NCBI GenBank assembly: GCA_964016885.1
Contig: OZ024744.1
Span: 17,608,001 to 17,672,000 of the forward strand
Source of the DNA: Eledone cirrhosa
Taxonomy: Eukaryota
Length of the DNA: 64,000 nt
Reading direction: 5' to 3'
This document shows, piece after piece, positions 13,701 to 27,000 of the stretch. The position numbers and the translations under genes were made by a program. The notes beneath the pieces were generated by a model. That model was not told the DNA's origin. It was given only the letters and a program-made list of their open reading frames with translations, and ran no database searches. The first letter of the stretch is position 1. Every line of letters begins with the position of its first letter.

Positions 13701-16700
13701 ACTGCTGGAGTCCCGTAAGATTGGACTTCAAACAAAAATCTCAGCTGGAGACCCGTAAGACATAAGTTGAGACAACAATGACGTATGGAGCCCCGTGAGA
13801 CTGGAGTTGAGACAACAATGACGGCTAGAGCCCCTTAAAACAGGAGTTGAGACAGCAATGACGGCTGAAGTCCCGTAAGACAGGAGCTGATACAACAATG
13901 ACGACTGGAGCCCTGTAATACAGGAGTTGAGACAACAATGACGGCTGGAGTCCCGTAAGACAGGAGTTGAGACAACAATGACGGCTGGAGCCCAGTAAGA
14001 CTAGAGTTGTAAAAACAATGACGGCTGGAGCCCCGTAAGACTTGAGTTCAGACTGCAATGATGGCTGGTGCCCAGTAAGACTGCAGTTGACACAACTATG
14101 ACGGCTGGAGTCCCGTAAAATTAAAGTTGAGACAGCAATAAAAGCTGAAGTCCCTTAAGACAATAGTTGATACAACAATGACGCCTGGATCCCCGTAGGG
14201 CAGGAGTTGAGACAGCAATTAGGGCTGGAGCCCATTAAGACAGGAGTTGAGACAACAATGATGGCTGGAGCCCCGTAATACAGAAGTTGAAACAACAATG
14301 ACGGCTGTAGCCCCGTGAGAATGGAGTTGACACAACAATCCTGTAGATCTGTAAGACACAACAATGACGCCGAGACCTGTAAGACATGTCTTGAGACAGT
14401 TATGACGGCTGGAGCCCCGTAAGACATGAGTTGATACAGCAATGACGGCTGGAGCCGCGTAAGACATGAGTTGAGACAACAATGACGGCGGGAGCCCCAT
14501 AAGACAGGAGTTGAGACAACAACGACGGTTGGAGCCCCTTAAGACAGGAGTTGAGTCAACAATGACGGCTGGAGCCCCGTACGATAGGAGATGAGACAAC
14601 AACGACTACTGGAGCTTCGTAGGACAGGAGTTGAGACGACAATGACGCCTGGAGTCCCGTAAGACTGGATTTGAGACAGCAATGAGGGCTGGAGTGCCGT
14701 AAGACAGGAGATGAGACATCAATGACGGCTGGAACCCCTTAAGACAGGAGTTGAGACAGCAATAACGGCTGGAGCACCGGAAGACATGGGTTGAGACAAC
14801 AGTGAGGACTGAAGGCCCGTAAGACAGGAGTGGAGACAGCAATGATGGCTGGTGGCCAGTAAAACTGGAGTTGAGACAGCAATGACTACTGGAGCCCCGT
14901 AAGTTTGCAGTTAAGACAAAAATCTCGGCTGGAGACTCGTAAGACATAAGTTGAGACAGCAATAACGTATGGAGCCCCGTCAAACTGGAGTTGAGACAGC
15001 AATGACGGCTGGAGCCCCGTGAGACGGGAGTTGAGACAATAATTACGGCTGGAGCCCCGTAAGGCAGGAGTTGAGACAGCAATGACGGCTAGAGACCAAT
15101 AAGACAGGAGTTGAGACAACAATGACGGCTGAAGCCCCGTAAGAATTGAGTTGAGGCAACAATGACGGCTGGAGCCCCGTAAGATTGGAGTTAAGACAGT
15201 AATGACGGCTGGAGCCCCGTAAGACATGAGTTGATACAGCAATGACGGCTAGAGCCCCGTAAGACATGAGTTGAGACAACAATGACGGCTGGAGCCCCAT
15301 AAGACAGGAGTTGTGACAACAATGACGGTTGGAGCCCCGTAGGATAGAAGTTGAGACAACAATGACGACTGGAGCCCCGTAGGACATGAGTTGAGACAAC
15401 AATGACGGCTGGAATCCCGTAAGACTTGAATTGAGACAACAATGACGACTGTAGACCCGTAATACAGGAATTGATACAACAATGACGGCTGCAGTCCCGT
15501 AAGACAGGAGCTGATACAACAATGACGGCTGGAGTCCTAAAAGACAGGAGTTGAGACAACAATGACGCCTGGACACCCGTAAGTCAGGAGTTGAGACAGC
15601 AATAACGGCTGGAGCCCCTGAAGACATGGGTTGAGACAACAATGATGGCTGGTCGCTAGTAAGAATGGAGTTGAGACAGTAATGACTGCTGGAGCCCCGT
15701 AAGTTTGGAGTTGAGACAACAATCTCGGCTGGAGACCCGTAAGACAGGAGTTGAGACAGCAATGACGGCTAGAGCCCCGTAAGACAGGAGTTGAGACAAC
15801 AATGACGGCTGGAGCCCCATAAGACAGGAGTTGAGACAACAACGACGGTTGGAGCCCCTTAAGACAGGAGTTGAGTCAACAATGACGGCTGGAGCCCCGT
15901 ACGATAGGAGATGAGACAACAACGCCGACTAGAGCCTCGTAGGACAGGAGTTGAGACGACAATGACGGCTGGAGTCCTGTAAGACTGGATTTGAGACAGC
16001 CATGAGGGCTGGAGTGCCGTAACACTGGAGATGAGACATCAATGACGGCTGGAGCCCCGTAAGACCGGAGTTGAGACAGCAATAACGGCTGGAGCCCCGG
16101 AAGACATGGGTTGAGACAACAGTGAGGGCTGAAGGCCTGTAAGACAGGAGTGGAGACAGCAATGATGGCTGGTGGCCAGTAAGACTGGAGTTGAGACAGC
16201 AATGACTACTGGAGCCCCGTAAGATTGGAGTTAAGACAAAAATCTCGGCTGGAGACTCGTAAGACATAATTTGAGACAGCAATAACGTATGGAGCCCCGT
16301 CAAACTGGAGTTGAGACAGCAATGACGGCTGGAGCCCCGTAAGACGGGAGTTGAGACAATAATGTCGGCTGGAGCCCCGTAAGGCAGGAGTTGAGACAGC
16401 AATGACGGCTGGAGACCAATAAGATAGGAGTTGAGACAACAATGACGGCTGAAGCCCCGTAAGAATTGAGTTGAGGCAACAATGATGGCTGGAGCACCGT
16501 AAGATAGGAGTTAAGACAGTAATGACGGCTGGAGCCCCGTAAGACAGGAGTTGATACAGCAATGACGGCTGGAGCCCCATAAGACAGGAGTTGCGACAAC
16601 AACGACGGTTGGAGCCCCGTAAGATAGAAGCTGAGACAACAATGACGGCTGGAGCCCCGTACTATAGAAGATGAGACAACAATGACGACTGGAGCCTCGT

Positions 16701-19700
16701 AGGACAGGAGTTGAGACAGCAATAACGGCTGGAGCCCCGTAAGATTGGAGTTGAGACAAAAATCTCGGCTGGAGACCCGTAAGACATAACTTGAGACAGC
16801 AATGAATTATGGAGCCCCGTCAAACTGGAGTTGAGACAGCAATGACGGCTGGAGACCAATAAGACAGGAGTTGAGACAACAATGACGGCTGGAGCCCCGT
16901 AAGACTTGAGTTGCGGCAACAATGTCGGCTGGAACCCCGTAAGATAGGAGTTAAGACAGTATTGACGGCTGAAGTCCCGTAAGACAGGAGTTGATACAAC
17001 AATGACGCCTCGAACCCTGTAGGACAGGAGTTGAGACAACAATGACGGCTGGAGTCCCGTAGGAAAGGAGTTGAGACAACAATGACGGCTGGAACCACGT
17101 GAGAAAGGATTTGAGACAGCAATGACGGCTGGAGCACTGTAAGACTGGAGTTGATACAACAATGACGGCTGGAGCCGTTTAAGATAGCAGTTGAGACAAC
17201 AATCACGGCTGGAACTCCGTAAGACATGAGTTGAGACAACAATGACGGCTGAAGTCCCGTAAGACAGGAGTTGATAAAACAATGACGGCTGAACCCCCTT
17301 AGGAAAGGAGTTGAGACAGCAATGACGGCTGGAGCCCTGTAGGACAGGAGTTGAGACAACAATGACGGCAGGAGCCCTGTAAGACTCGAGTTGAGACAAC
17401 AATGACGACTAGAGCCCAGAAAGACAGGAGTTGAGACTGCAATGATGGCTGGTGCCCAGTTAGACTGAAGGTGAGACAACAATGACGGCTGGAGCCGCGT
17501 AAGATTGGAGTTAAGACACCAATTACGAGTGAAGTCCCGTAAAACAGGAGTTGATACAACAATGACGCCTGCATCTCCGTAGGACAGGAGTTGAGACAAC
17601 AATGACGGCTGGAATCCCATAGAACAGGAGTTGAGACAACAATGACGGCTGGAACCCCATAGGACAGGAGTTGTGACAACAATGACGGCTGTAGCCCCGT
17701 AAGAGAGGAGTTGAGACAGCAATGACGGCTGATATCCCGTACGACAGGAATTGATACAACAATGACCTGTGGATCCCCGTAGGACAGGAGTTGAGACAAC
17801 AATTACGGCTGGAGTACCGTAAGACAGGAGATGAGACAACAAAAACGGCTGAAGCCCCGTAAGACAGGAGTTGAGACAGCCATGACCCATAGTGCACCGT
17901 AAGACATGTGTTGAGACAACAATGAGGGCTGGAGCCCCGTGAGACAGGAGTTGAGTCAGCATTGATGGCTGGTGCCCAGTAAGCCTGGAGTTGAGACAGC
18001 AATGACTGCTGGAGTCCCGTAAGATTGGACTTCAAACAAAAATCTCAGCTGGAGACCCGTAAGACATAAGTTGAGACAACAATGACGTATGGAGCCCCGT
18101 GAGACTGGAGTTGGAGACAACAATGACTGCTAGAGCCCCTTAAGACAGGAGTTGAGACAGCAATGACCCCTAGTGCACCGTAAGACATGTGTTGAGACAA
18201 CAATGAGGGCTGGAGCCCCGTGAGACAGGAGTTGAGTCAGCATTGATGGCTGGTGCCCAGTAAGCCTGGAGTTGAGACAGCAATGACTGCTGGAGTCCCG
18301 TAAGATTGGACTTCAAACAAAAATCTCAGCTGGAGACCCGTAAGACATAAGTTGAGACAACAATGACGTATGGAGCCCCGTGAGACTGGAGTTGAGACAA
18401 CAATGACGGCTAGAGCCCCTTAAAACAGGAGTTGAGACAGCAATGACGGCTGAAGTCCCGTAAGACAGGAGCTGATACAACAATGACGACTGGAGCCCTG
18501 TAATACAGGAGTTGAGACAACAATGACGGCTGGAGTCCCGTAAGACAGGAGTTGAGACAACAATGACGGCTGGAGCCCAGTAAGACTAGAGTTGTAAAAA
18601 CAATGACGGCTGGAGCCCCGTAAGACTTGAGTTCAGACTGCAATGATGGCTGGTGCCCAGTAAGACTGCAGTTGACACAACTATGACGGCTGGAGTCCCG
18701 TAAAATTAAAGTTGAGACAGCAATAAAGGCTGAAGTCCCTTAAGACAATAGTTGATACAACAATGACGCCTGGATCCCCGTAGGGCAGGAGTTGAGACAG
18801 CAATTAGGGCTGGAGCCCATTAAGACAGGAGTTGAGACAACAATGATGGCTGGAGCCCCGTAATACAGAAGTTGAAACAACAATGACGGCTGTAGCCCCG
18901 TGAGAATGGAGTTGACACAACAATCCTGTAGATCTGTAAGACACAACAATGACGCCGAGACCTGTAAGACATGTCTTGAGACAGTTATGACGGCTGGAGC
19001 CCCGTAAGACATGAGTTGATACAGCAATGACGGCTGGAGCCGCGTAAGACATGAGTTGAGACAACAATGACGGCGGGAGCCCCATAAGACAGGAGTTGAG
19101 ACAACAACGACGGTTGGAGCCCCTTAAGACAGGAGTTGAGTCAACAATGACGGCTGGAGCCCCGTACGATAGGAGATGAGACAACAACGACTACTGGAGC
19201 TTCGTAGGACAGGAGTTGAGACGACAATGACGCCTGGAGTCCCGTAAGACTGGATTTGAGACAGCAATGAGGGCTGGAGTGCCGTAAGACAGGAGATGAG
19301 ACATCAATGACGGCTGGAACCCCTTAAGACAGGAGTTGAGACAGCAATAACGGCTGGAGCACCGGAAGACATGGGTTGAGACAACAGTGAGGACTGAAGG
19401 CCCGTAAGACAGGAGTGGAGACAGCAATGATGGCTGGTGGCCAGTAAAACTGGAGTTGAGACAGCAATGACTACTGGAGCCCCGTAAGTTTGCAGTTAAG
19501 ACAAAAATCTCGGCTGGAGACTCGTAAGACATAAGTTGAGACAGCAATAACGTATGGAGCCCCGTCAAACTGGAGTTGAGACAGCAATGACGGCTGGAGC
19601 CCCGTGAGACGGGAGTTGAGACAATAATTACGGCTGGAGCCCCGTAAGGCAGGAGTTGAGACAGCAATGACGGCTAGAGACCAATAAGACAGGAGTTGAG

Positions 19701-19953
19701 ACAACAATGACGGCTGAAGCCCCGTAAGAATTGAGTTGAGGCAACAATGACGGCTGGAGCCCCGTAAGATTGGAGTTAAGACAGTAATGACGGCTGGAGC
19801 CCCGTAAGACATGAGTTGATACAGCAATGACGGCTAGAGCCCCGTAAGACATGAGTTGAGACAACAATGACGGCTGGAGCCCCATAAGACAGGAGTTGTG
19901 ACAACAATGACGGTTGGAGCCCCGTAGGATAGAAGTTGAGACAACAATGACGG
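10784..19953. repeat. Direct tandem duplication of a 4585-bp block (about 10784-15368 and 15369-19953)
   Basis: Near-identical ORF pairs at offset 4585: 10952/15537, 11344/15929, 12077/16662, 13825/18410, 14606/19191. Rare variants and indels match in register. Confidence 0.9.
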
Positions 19954-22900
19954 CTGGAGCCCCGTACTATAGAAGATGAGACAACAATGACGACTGGAGC
20001 CTCGTAGGACAGGATTTGAGACAACAATGACGGCTGGAGTCCCGTGGGACAAGAGTTGAGACAACAATGACGGCTGGAGTACCGTAAGGCAGGAATTGAG
20101 ACAACAATGACGGCTGGAGCCCTGTCAGACAGAAGTTGAGACAGCAATGATGGCTGGTGCCAAGTAAGACTGGAAATGAGACGGCAATGACGGCTGGAGC
20201 CCCGTAAGACATGAGTTGAGACAACAATGACGGCTGGAGACACGTCGGACAGGAGTTGAGACAACAATGACGGCGGGAGTACCGTGTGACTGAAGTTGCG
20301 ACAACAATGACGGCAGGAGCCCCGTAAGACAGGAGTTGAGACAGCAATGACGGCTGGAGACCAATAAGACAGGAGTTGAGACAACAATGACGGCTGGAGC
20401 CCCGTAAGACTTGAGTTGCGGCAACAATGTCGGCTGGAACCCCGTAAGATAGGAGTTAAGACAGTATTGACGGCTGAAGTCCCGTAAGACAGGAGTTGAT
20501 ACAACAATGACGCCTTGAACCCTGTAGGACAGGAGTTGAGACAACAATGACGGCTGGAGTCCCGTAGGAAAGGAGTTGAGACAACAATGACGGCTGGAAC
20601 CACGTGAGACAGGATTTGAGACAACAATGACGGCTGGAGCCGTTTAAGATAGCAGTTGAGACAACAATCACGGCTGGAACTCCGTAAGACATGAGTTGAG
20701 ACAACAATGACGGCTGAAGTCCCGTAAGACAGGAGTTGATAAAACAATGACGGCTGAACCCCCTTAGGAAAGGAGTTGAGACAGCAATGACGGCTGGAGC
20801 CCTGTAGGACAGGAGTTGAGACAACAATGACGGCAGGAGCCCTGTAAGACTCGAGTTGAGACAACAATGACGACTAGAGCCCAGAAAGACAGGAGTTGAG
20901 ACTGCAATGATGGCTGGTGCCCAGTTAGACTGAAGGTGAGACAACAATGACGGCTGGAGCCGCGTAAGATTGGAGTTAAGACACCAATTACGAGTGAAGT
21001 CCCGTAAAACAGGAGTTGATACAACAATGACGCCTGCATCTCCGTAGGACAGGAGTTGAGACAACAATGACGGCTGGAATCCCATAGAACAGGAGTTGAG
21101 ACAACAATGACGGCTGGAACCCCATAGGACAGGAGTTGTGACAACAATGACGGCTGTAGCCCCGTAAGAGAGGAGTTGAGACAGCAATGACGGCTGATAT
21201 CCCGTACGACAGGAATTGATACAACAATGACCTGTGGATCCCCGTAGGACAGGAGTTGAGACAGCAATTACGGCTGGAGTACCGTAAGACAGGAGATGAG
21301 ACAACAAAAACGGCTGGAGCCCCGTAAGACAGGAGTTGAGACAGCCATGACCCCTAGTGCACCGTAAGACATGTGTTGAGACAACAATGAGGGCTGGAGC
21401 CCCGTGAGACAGGAGTTGAGTCAGCATTGATGGCTGGTGCCCAGTAAGCCTGGAGTTGAGACAGCAATGACTGCTGGAGTCCCGTAAGATTGGACTTCAA
21501 ACAAAAATCTCAGCTGGAGACCCGTAAGACATAAGTTGAGACAACAATGACGTATGGAGCCCCGTGAGACTGGAGTTGGAGACAACAATGACTGCTAGAG
21601 CCCCTTAAGACAGGAGTTGAGACAGCAATGACCCCTAGTGCACCGTAAGACATGTGTTGAGACAACAATGAGGGCTGGAGCCCCGTGAGACAGGAGTTGA
21701 GTCAGCATTGATGGCTGGTGCCCAGTAAGCCTGGAGTTGAGACAGCAATGACTGCTGGAGTCCCGTAAGATTGGACTTCAAACAAAAATCTCAGCTGGAG
21801 ACCCGTAAGACATAAGTTGAGACAACAATGACGTATGGAGCCCCGTGAGACTGGAGTTGGAGACAACAATGACTGCTAGAGCCCCTTAAGACAGGAGTTG
21901 AGACAGCAATGACCCCTAGTGCACCGTAAGACATGTGTTGAGACAACAATGAGGGCTGGAGCCCCGTGAGACAGGAGTTGAGTCAGCATTGATGGCTGGT
22001 GCGCAGTAAGCCTGGAGTTGAGACAGCAATGACTGCTGGAGTCCCGTAAGATTGGACTTCAAACAAAAATCTCAGCTGGAGACCCGTAAGACATAAGTTG
22101 AGACAACAATGACGTATGGAGCCCCGTGAGACTGGAGTTGAGACAACAATGACGGCTAGAGCCCCTTAAAACAGGAGTTGAGACAGCAATGACGGCTGAA
22201 GTCCCGTAAGACAGGTGCTGATACAACAATGACGACTGGAGCCCTGTAATACAGGAGTTGAGACAACAATGACGGCTGGAGTCCCGTAAGACAGGAGTTG
22301 AGACAACAATGACGGCTGGAGCCCAGTAAGACTAGAGTTGTAAAAACAATGACGGCTGGAGCCCCGTAAGACTTGAGTTCAGACTGCAATGATGGCTGGT
22401 GCCCAGTAAGACTGCAGTTGACACAACTATGACGGCTGGAGTCCCGTAAAATTAAAGTTGAGACAGCAATAAAGGCTGAAGTCCCTTAAGACAATAGTTG
22501 ATACAACAATGACGCCTGGATCCCCGTAGGGCAGGAGTTGAGACAGCAATTAGGGCTGGAGCCCATTAAGACAGGAGTTGAGACAACAATGATGGCTGGA
22601 GCCCCGTAATACAGAAGTTGAAACAACAATGACGGCTGTAGCCCCGTGAGAATGGAGTTGACACAACAATCCTGTAGATCTGTAAGACACAACAATGACG
22701 CCGAGACCTGTAAGACATGTCTTGAGACAGTTATGACGGCTGGAGCCCCGTAAGACATGAGTTGATACAGCAATGACGGCTGGAGCCGCGTAAGACATGA
22801 GTTGAGACAACAATGACGGCGGGAGCCCCATAAGACAGGAGTTGAGACAACAACGACGGTTGGAGCCCCTTAAGACAGGAGTTGAGTCAACAATGACGGC

Positions 22901-24090
22901 TGGAGCCCCGTACGATAGGAGATGAGACAACAACGACTACTGGAGCTTCGTAGGACAGGAGTTGAGACGACAATGACGCCTGGAGTCCCGTAAGACTGGA
23001 TTTGAGACAGCAATGAGGGCTGGAGTGCCGTAAGACAGGAGATGAGACATCAATGACGGCTGGAACCCCTTAAGACAGGAGTTGAGACAGCAATAACGGC
23101 TGGAGCACCGGAAGACATGGGTTGAGACAACAGTGAGGACTGAAGGCCCGTAAGACAGGAGTGGAGACAGCAATGATGGCTGGTGGCCAGTAAAACTGGA
23201 GTTGAGACAGCAATGACTACTGGAGCCCCGTAAGTTTGCAGTTAAGACAAAAATCTCGGCTGGAGACTCGTAAGACATAAGTTGAGACAGCAATAACGTA
23301 TGGAGCCCCGTCAAACTGGAGTTGAGACAGCAATGACGGCTGGAGCCCCGTGAGACGGGAGTTGAGACAATAATTACGGCTGGAGCCCCGTAAGGCAGGA
23401 GTTGAGACAGCAATGACGGCTAGAGACCAATAAGACAGGAGTTGAGACAACAATGACGGCTGAAGCCCCGTAAGAATTGAGTTGAGGCAACAATGACGGC
23501 TGGAGCCCCGTAAGATTGGAGTTAAGACAGTAATGACGGCTGGAGCCCCGTAAGACATGAGTTGATACAGCAATGACGGCTAGAGCCCCGTAAGACATGA
23601 GTTGAGACAACAATGACGGCTGGAGCCCCATAAGACAGGAGTTGTGACAACAATGACGGTTGGAGCCCCGTAGGATAGAAGTTGAGACAACAATGACGGC
23701 TGGAGCCCCGTACTATAGAAGATGAGACAACAATGACGACTGGAGCCTCGTAGGACAGGATTTGAGACAACAATGACGGCTGGAGTCCCGTGGGACAAGA
23801 GTTGAGACAACAATGACGGCTGGAGTACCGTAAGGCAGGAATTGAGACAACAATGACGGCTGGAGCCCTGTCAGACAGAAGTTGAGACAGCAATGATGGC
23901 TGGTGCCAAGTAAGACTGGAAATGAGACGGCAATGACGGCTGGAGCCCCGTAAGACATGAGTTGAGACAACAATGACGGCTGGAGACACGTCGGACAGGA
24001 GTTGAGACAACAATGACGGCGGGAGTACCGTGTGACTGAAGTTGCGACAACAATGACGGCAGGAGCCCCGTAAGACAGGAGTTGAGACAG
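16840..24090. repeat. Direct tandem duplication of a block of about 3.5 kb (about 16840-20344 and 20345-24090) overlapping the 4585-bp duplication
   Basis: The offset steps from 3505 to 3465 (one monomer lost, e.g. CGTTTAAGAT at 17176/20641) and then to 3746 (one extra 281-bp unit; ORFs 18410/22156, 19191/22937, 19834/23580). Confidence 0.85.
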
Positions 24091-27000
24091 CAATGACGGC
24101 TGGAGACCAATAAGACAGGAGTTGAGACAACGATGACGGCTGGAGCCCCGTAAGACTTGAATTGCGGCAACAATGACAGCTGGAGCCTCGTAGGACAGGC
24201 GTTGAGACAACAATGATAGCTGGTGCCCCGTAAGACTTGAGTTCAGACAACAATGACGGCTGGAGCCCCGTAAGACAGGAGTTAAGACAGTAATGACGGC
24301 TGGATCCCTCTAGGACAGGAGTTGAGACAGCAATGACGGCTGGAGCCCCGTGGGACAGGAGTTGAGACAACAATGACGGCTGTAGCCTCCTATTACAGGA
24401 TTTGAGACAACAATGTCGGCTGGAGTACCGTAAGACAAGAGTTGAGACAACAATGACGGCTGGAGCCCCGTAAGACAAGAGTTGAGACAACAATGACGGC
24501 TGGTGCCCCGTAAGATTGGAGTTGAGACAACAATTACGGGTGGAGGCGCGTAAGTCATGAGTTGAGACAGCAATGGCTGTTGGAGCCCCGTAAAACTGGA
24601 GTTGAGACAGCAATGACAGCTGGAGCCCCGTAGGACAGGAGTTGAGACAACAATGACAGCTGGTGCCCCGTAAGACAGGAATTAATACAACAATGACGGC
24701 TGGAGCCCCGAATGACAGGAGTTGAGACAACAATGACGATTGGAGCTCTGTAGGACAGGAGTTGAGACAACAATGACGGCTGGACTCCGTGGGACAGGAG
24801 TTGAGACAACTATGACGGCTGGAGCCCCGTGGACAGGAGTTGAGACAACAATAACGGCTGGAGCCCCATATGATAGGAGTTGAGACAACAATGACGGCTG
24901 GATTACCGTAAGACAGGAGTTGAGACAACAATGACGGCTGGAGCCCCGTAAACACAGGAGTTGTGACAGCAATGACAGTTAGTGCACCGTGTGACAGGAG
25001 TTGAGACAACATTGACGGCTGGAAACAAGTAAGACAGGAGATGAGACAAGAATGAAGGCTGGAGTACCGTCAGACTCGTGTTGAGACAATAACGGCTGGA
25101 GCCCCGTAAGACGAGTTGAGACAGCAATGATGGCTGGAGTCCCGTAAGCAAGAGTTGAGGCAACAATGACGGCTGGAGCATCGTAAGACAGGAGTTGAGA
25201 CAACAATGATGGCTGGAGCCTCGTAGGGCAAGAGTTGAGACAAAAATGACGGCTGGAGCCCCGTAATACAGGAGTTGAGACAGCAATGACGTGTGGAGCC
25301 CTGTACGATTGGAGTTGAGACAGCAAATACGGCTGGAGGCCTGTAAGTCATGAGTTGAGACAGCAATGGCGGCTGGAGACCCGGAAAACTGGAGTTGAGA
25401 CAGCAATGACGGCTGGAACCCCGTAAGACAGGAGTTGAGACAACAATGACGGCTGGAACCCCGTAAGACAGGAGTTGAGACAGCAATGACGGCCGGAGTC
25501 CCGTAAGAGTCGAGTTGAGACAACAATGACGGCGGGAGCCCCGTACGACAGGAGTTGTGACAGCAATGACAGCTAATTCACTATAAACCAGGAGTTGAGA
25601 CAACAATAATGGCTGGAGTCCCGAAAGATTTGAGTTGAGACAGCAATGATGGCTGGAGCCCCGTAATTAAGGAGTTGAGACAACAATGACGGCTGGGGCC
25701 CCGTAAGACAGGAGTTGAGACAATGATGACTGGAGTCTCGTAAGTCTTGTGTTGAGACAGCAATGACGGCTGGAGTACCGTAAGATTGGAGTTGAGACAG
25801 TAATGATGTCTGGAGACCCGTAGGACAGGAGTTGAGACAACAACAACAACGACTGGAGTCCCGTAGGACACGAGTTGAGACAACAATGACGGCTGGTGTC
25901 CTGTAAGACTCGAGCTGAGACAACAATGACGGCTGGAGCCCCGTAATTCAGGACTTGAGACAGCAATGACAGTTAGTGCACCGTAAGACAGGAGTTTAGT
26001 CTGCAATGATGGCTGGTGCCCAGTAAGACAGGAGTTAAGACGCAATGGCGGCTGGAGCCCCGTAAGAGAGGAGTTGAGACAACAATGATGGCTGGAGACC
26101 CGTAAGATAGGAGATAAGGCATCAACGACGACTGGAGCCTCGTAGGAGAAGGAGTTGAGACAACAATGACTGCTGGAGTCCCGTAAGATTGGAGTTGAGA
26201 CAGCAATGACGGATGGAGCCCCGTAAGACTTGAGTTGAGACAACAATGACGGTTGGAGCCTCGTAAGACAGGAGTTAAGACAGTAATGACGGCTGAAGTG
26301 CCGTAAGACAGGAATTGATACAACAATGACGGCTGGATCCTTGTAGGACAGTAGTTGAGACAGCACTGACGGCTGGAGCCCCGTGGGACAGGAGTTGAGA
26401 CAGCAATGACGGCTGGAGCCCCGTAAGACAGGATTTGAGACAACATGACGGCTGGATCCTTGTAGGACAGTAGTTGAGACAACAATGCCGGCTGGATCCC
26501 CGTAACACAGGAGTTGTGACAGCAATGACAGTTAGTGCACCGTAAGACAGGAGTTGAGACAACAATGACGGCTGGAGCCCCGTAACACAGGAGTTGTGAC
26601 AGCAATGAGAGTTAGTGCACCGTAAGACAGGAGTTGAGACAACATTGACGGCTGGTGACCAGTAAGACAGGAGATGAGACAACAATGGCGGCTGGAGTCC
26701 CGTAAAACTCATGTTGAGACAATGACGGCTGGAGCCACATGAGACAGGAGTTGAGAAAGCAATGATGGCTAGTGCCAGTAAGACTGGAGTTGAGACAACA
26801 ATGACGGATGGAGTCCCGTAATTCAGGAGTTGAGACGACAAAGACGACTGGAGCCCCGTAAGACAGGAGTTGAGACAGCAATGACGGCTGGAGCCCCGTA
26901 AGATTGGAGTTGAGACAGCAATGACGGCTGGAGGCGTGTAAGACATGAGTTGAGACAGCAATGACGGCTGGAGCCCCGGAAAACTGGAGTAAAAACAGCA

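Larger units (their letters stand above)
2106..24130. repeat. Domain 1 of the 40-bp satellite: sub-family with mosaic multi-kb duplications
   Basis: Diagnostic variants seen only here: GGACTTCAAACAAAAA (about 3282, 4602, 6784, 10180, 13442, 13723, 18027, 18308, 21492, 21773, 22054), CCCCTAGTGCAC, GCCGTTTAA, CCAGTTAGACTGAAGGTG, and the truncated 26-bp monomers. Confidence 0.85.

Noticed and set aside
8481-23190. Exact Chi octamer GCTGGTGG (about 8481, 11583, 14848, 16168, 19433, 23179) and Chi-like GCTGGAGC in each monomer
   Set aside because: The exact matches are one variant monomer propagated by duplication. Chi is a RecBCD signal of enteric bacteria, and nothing here indicates that context.
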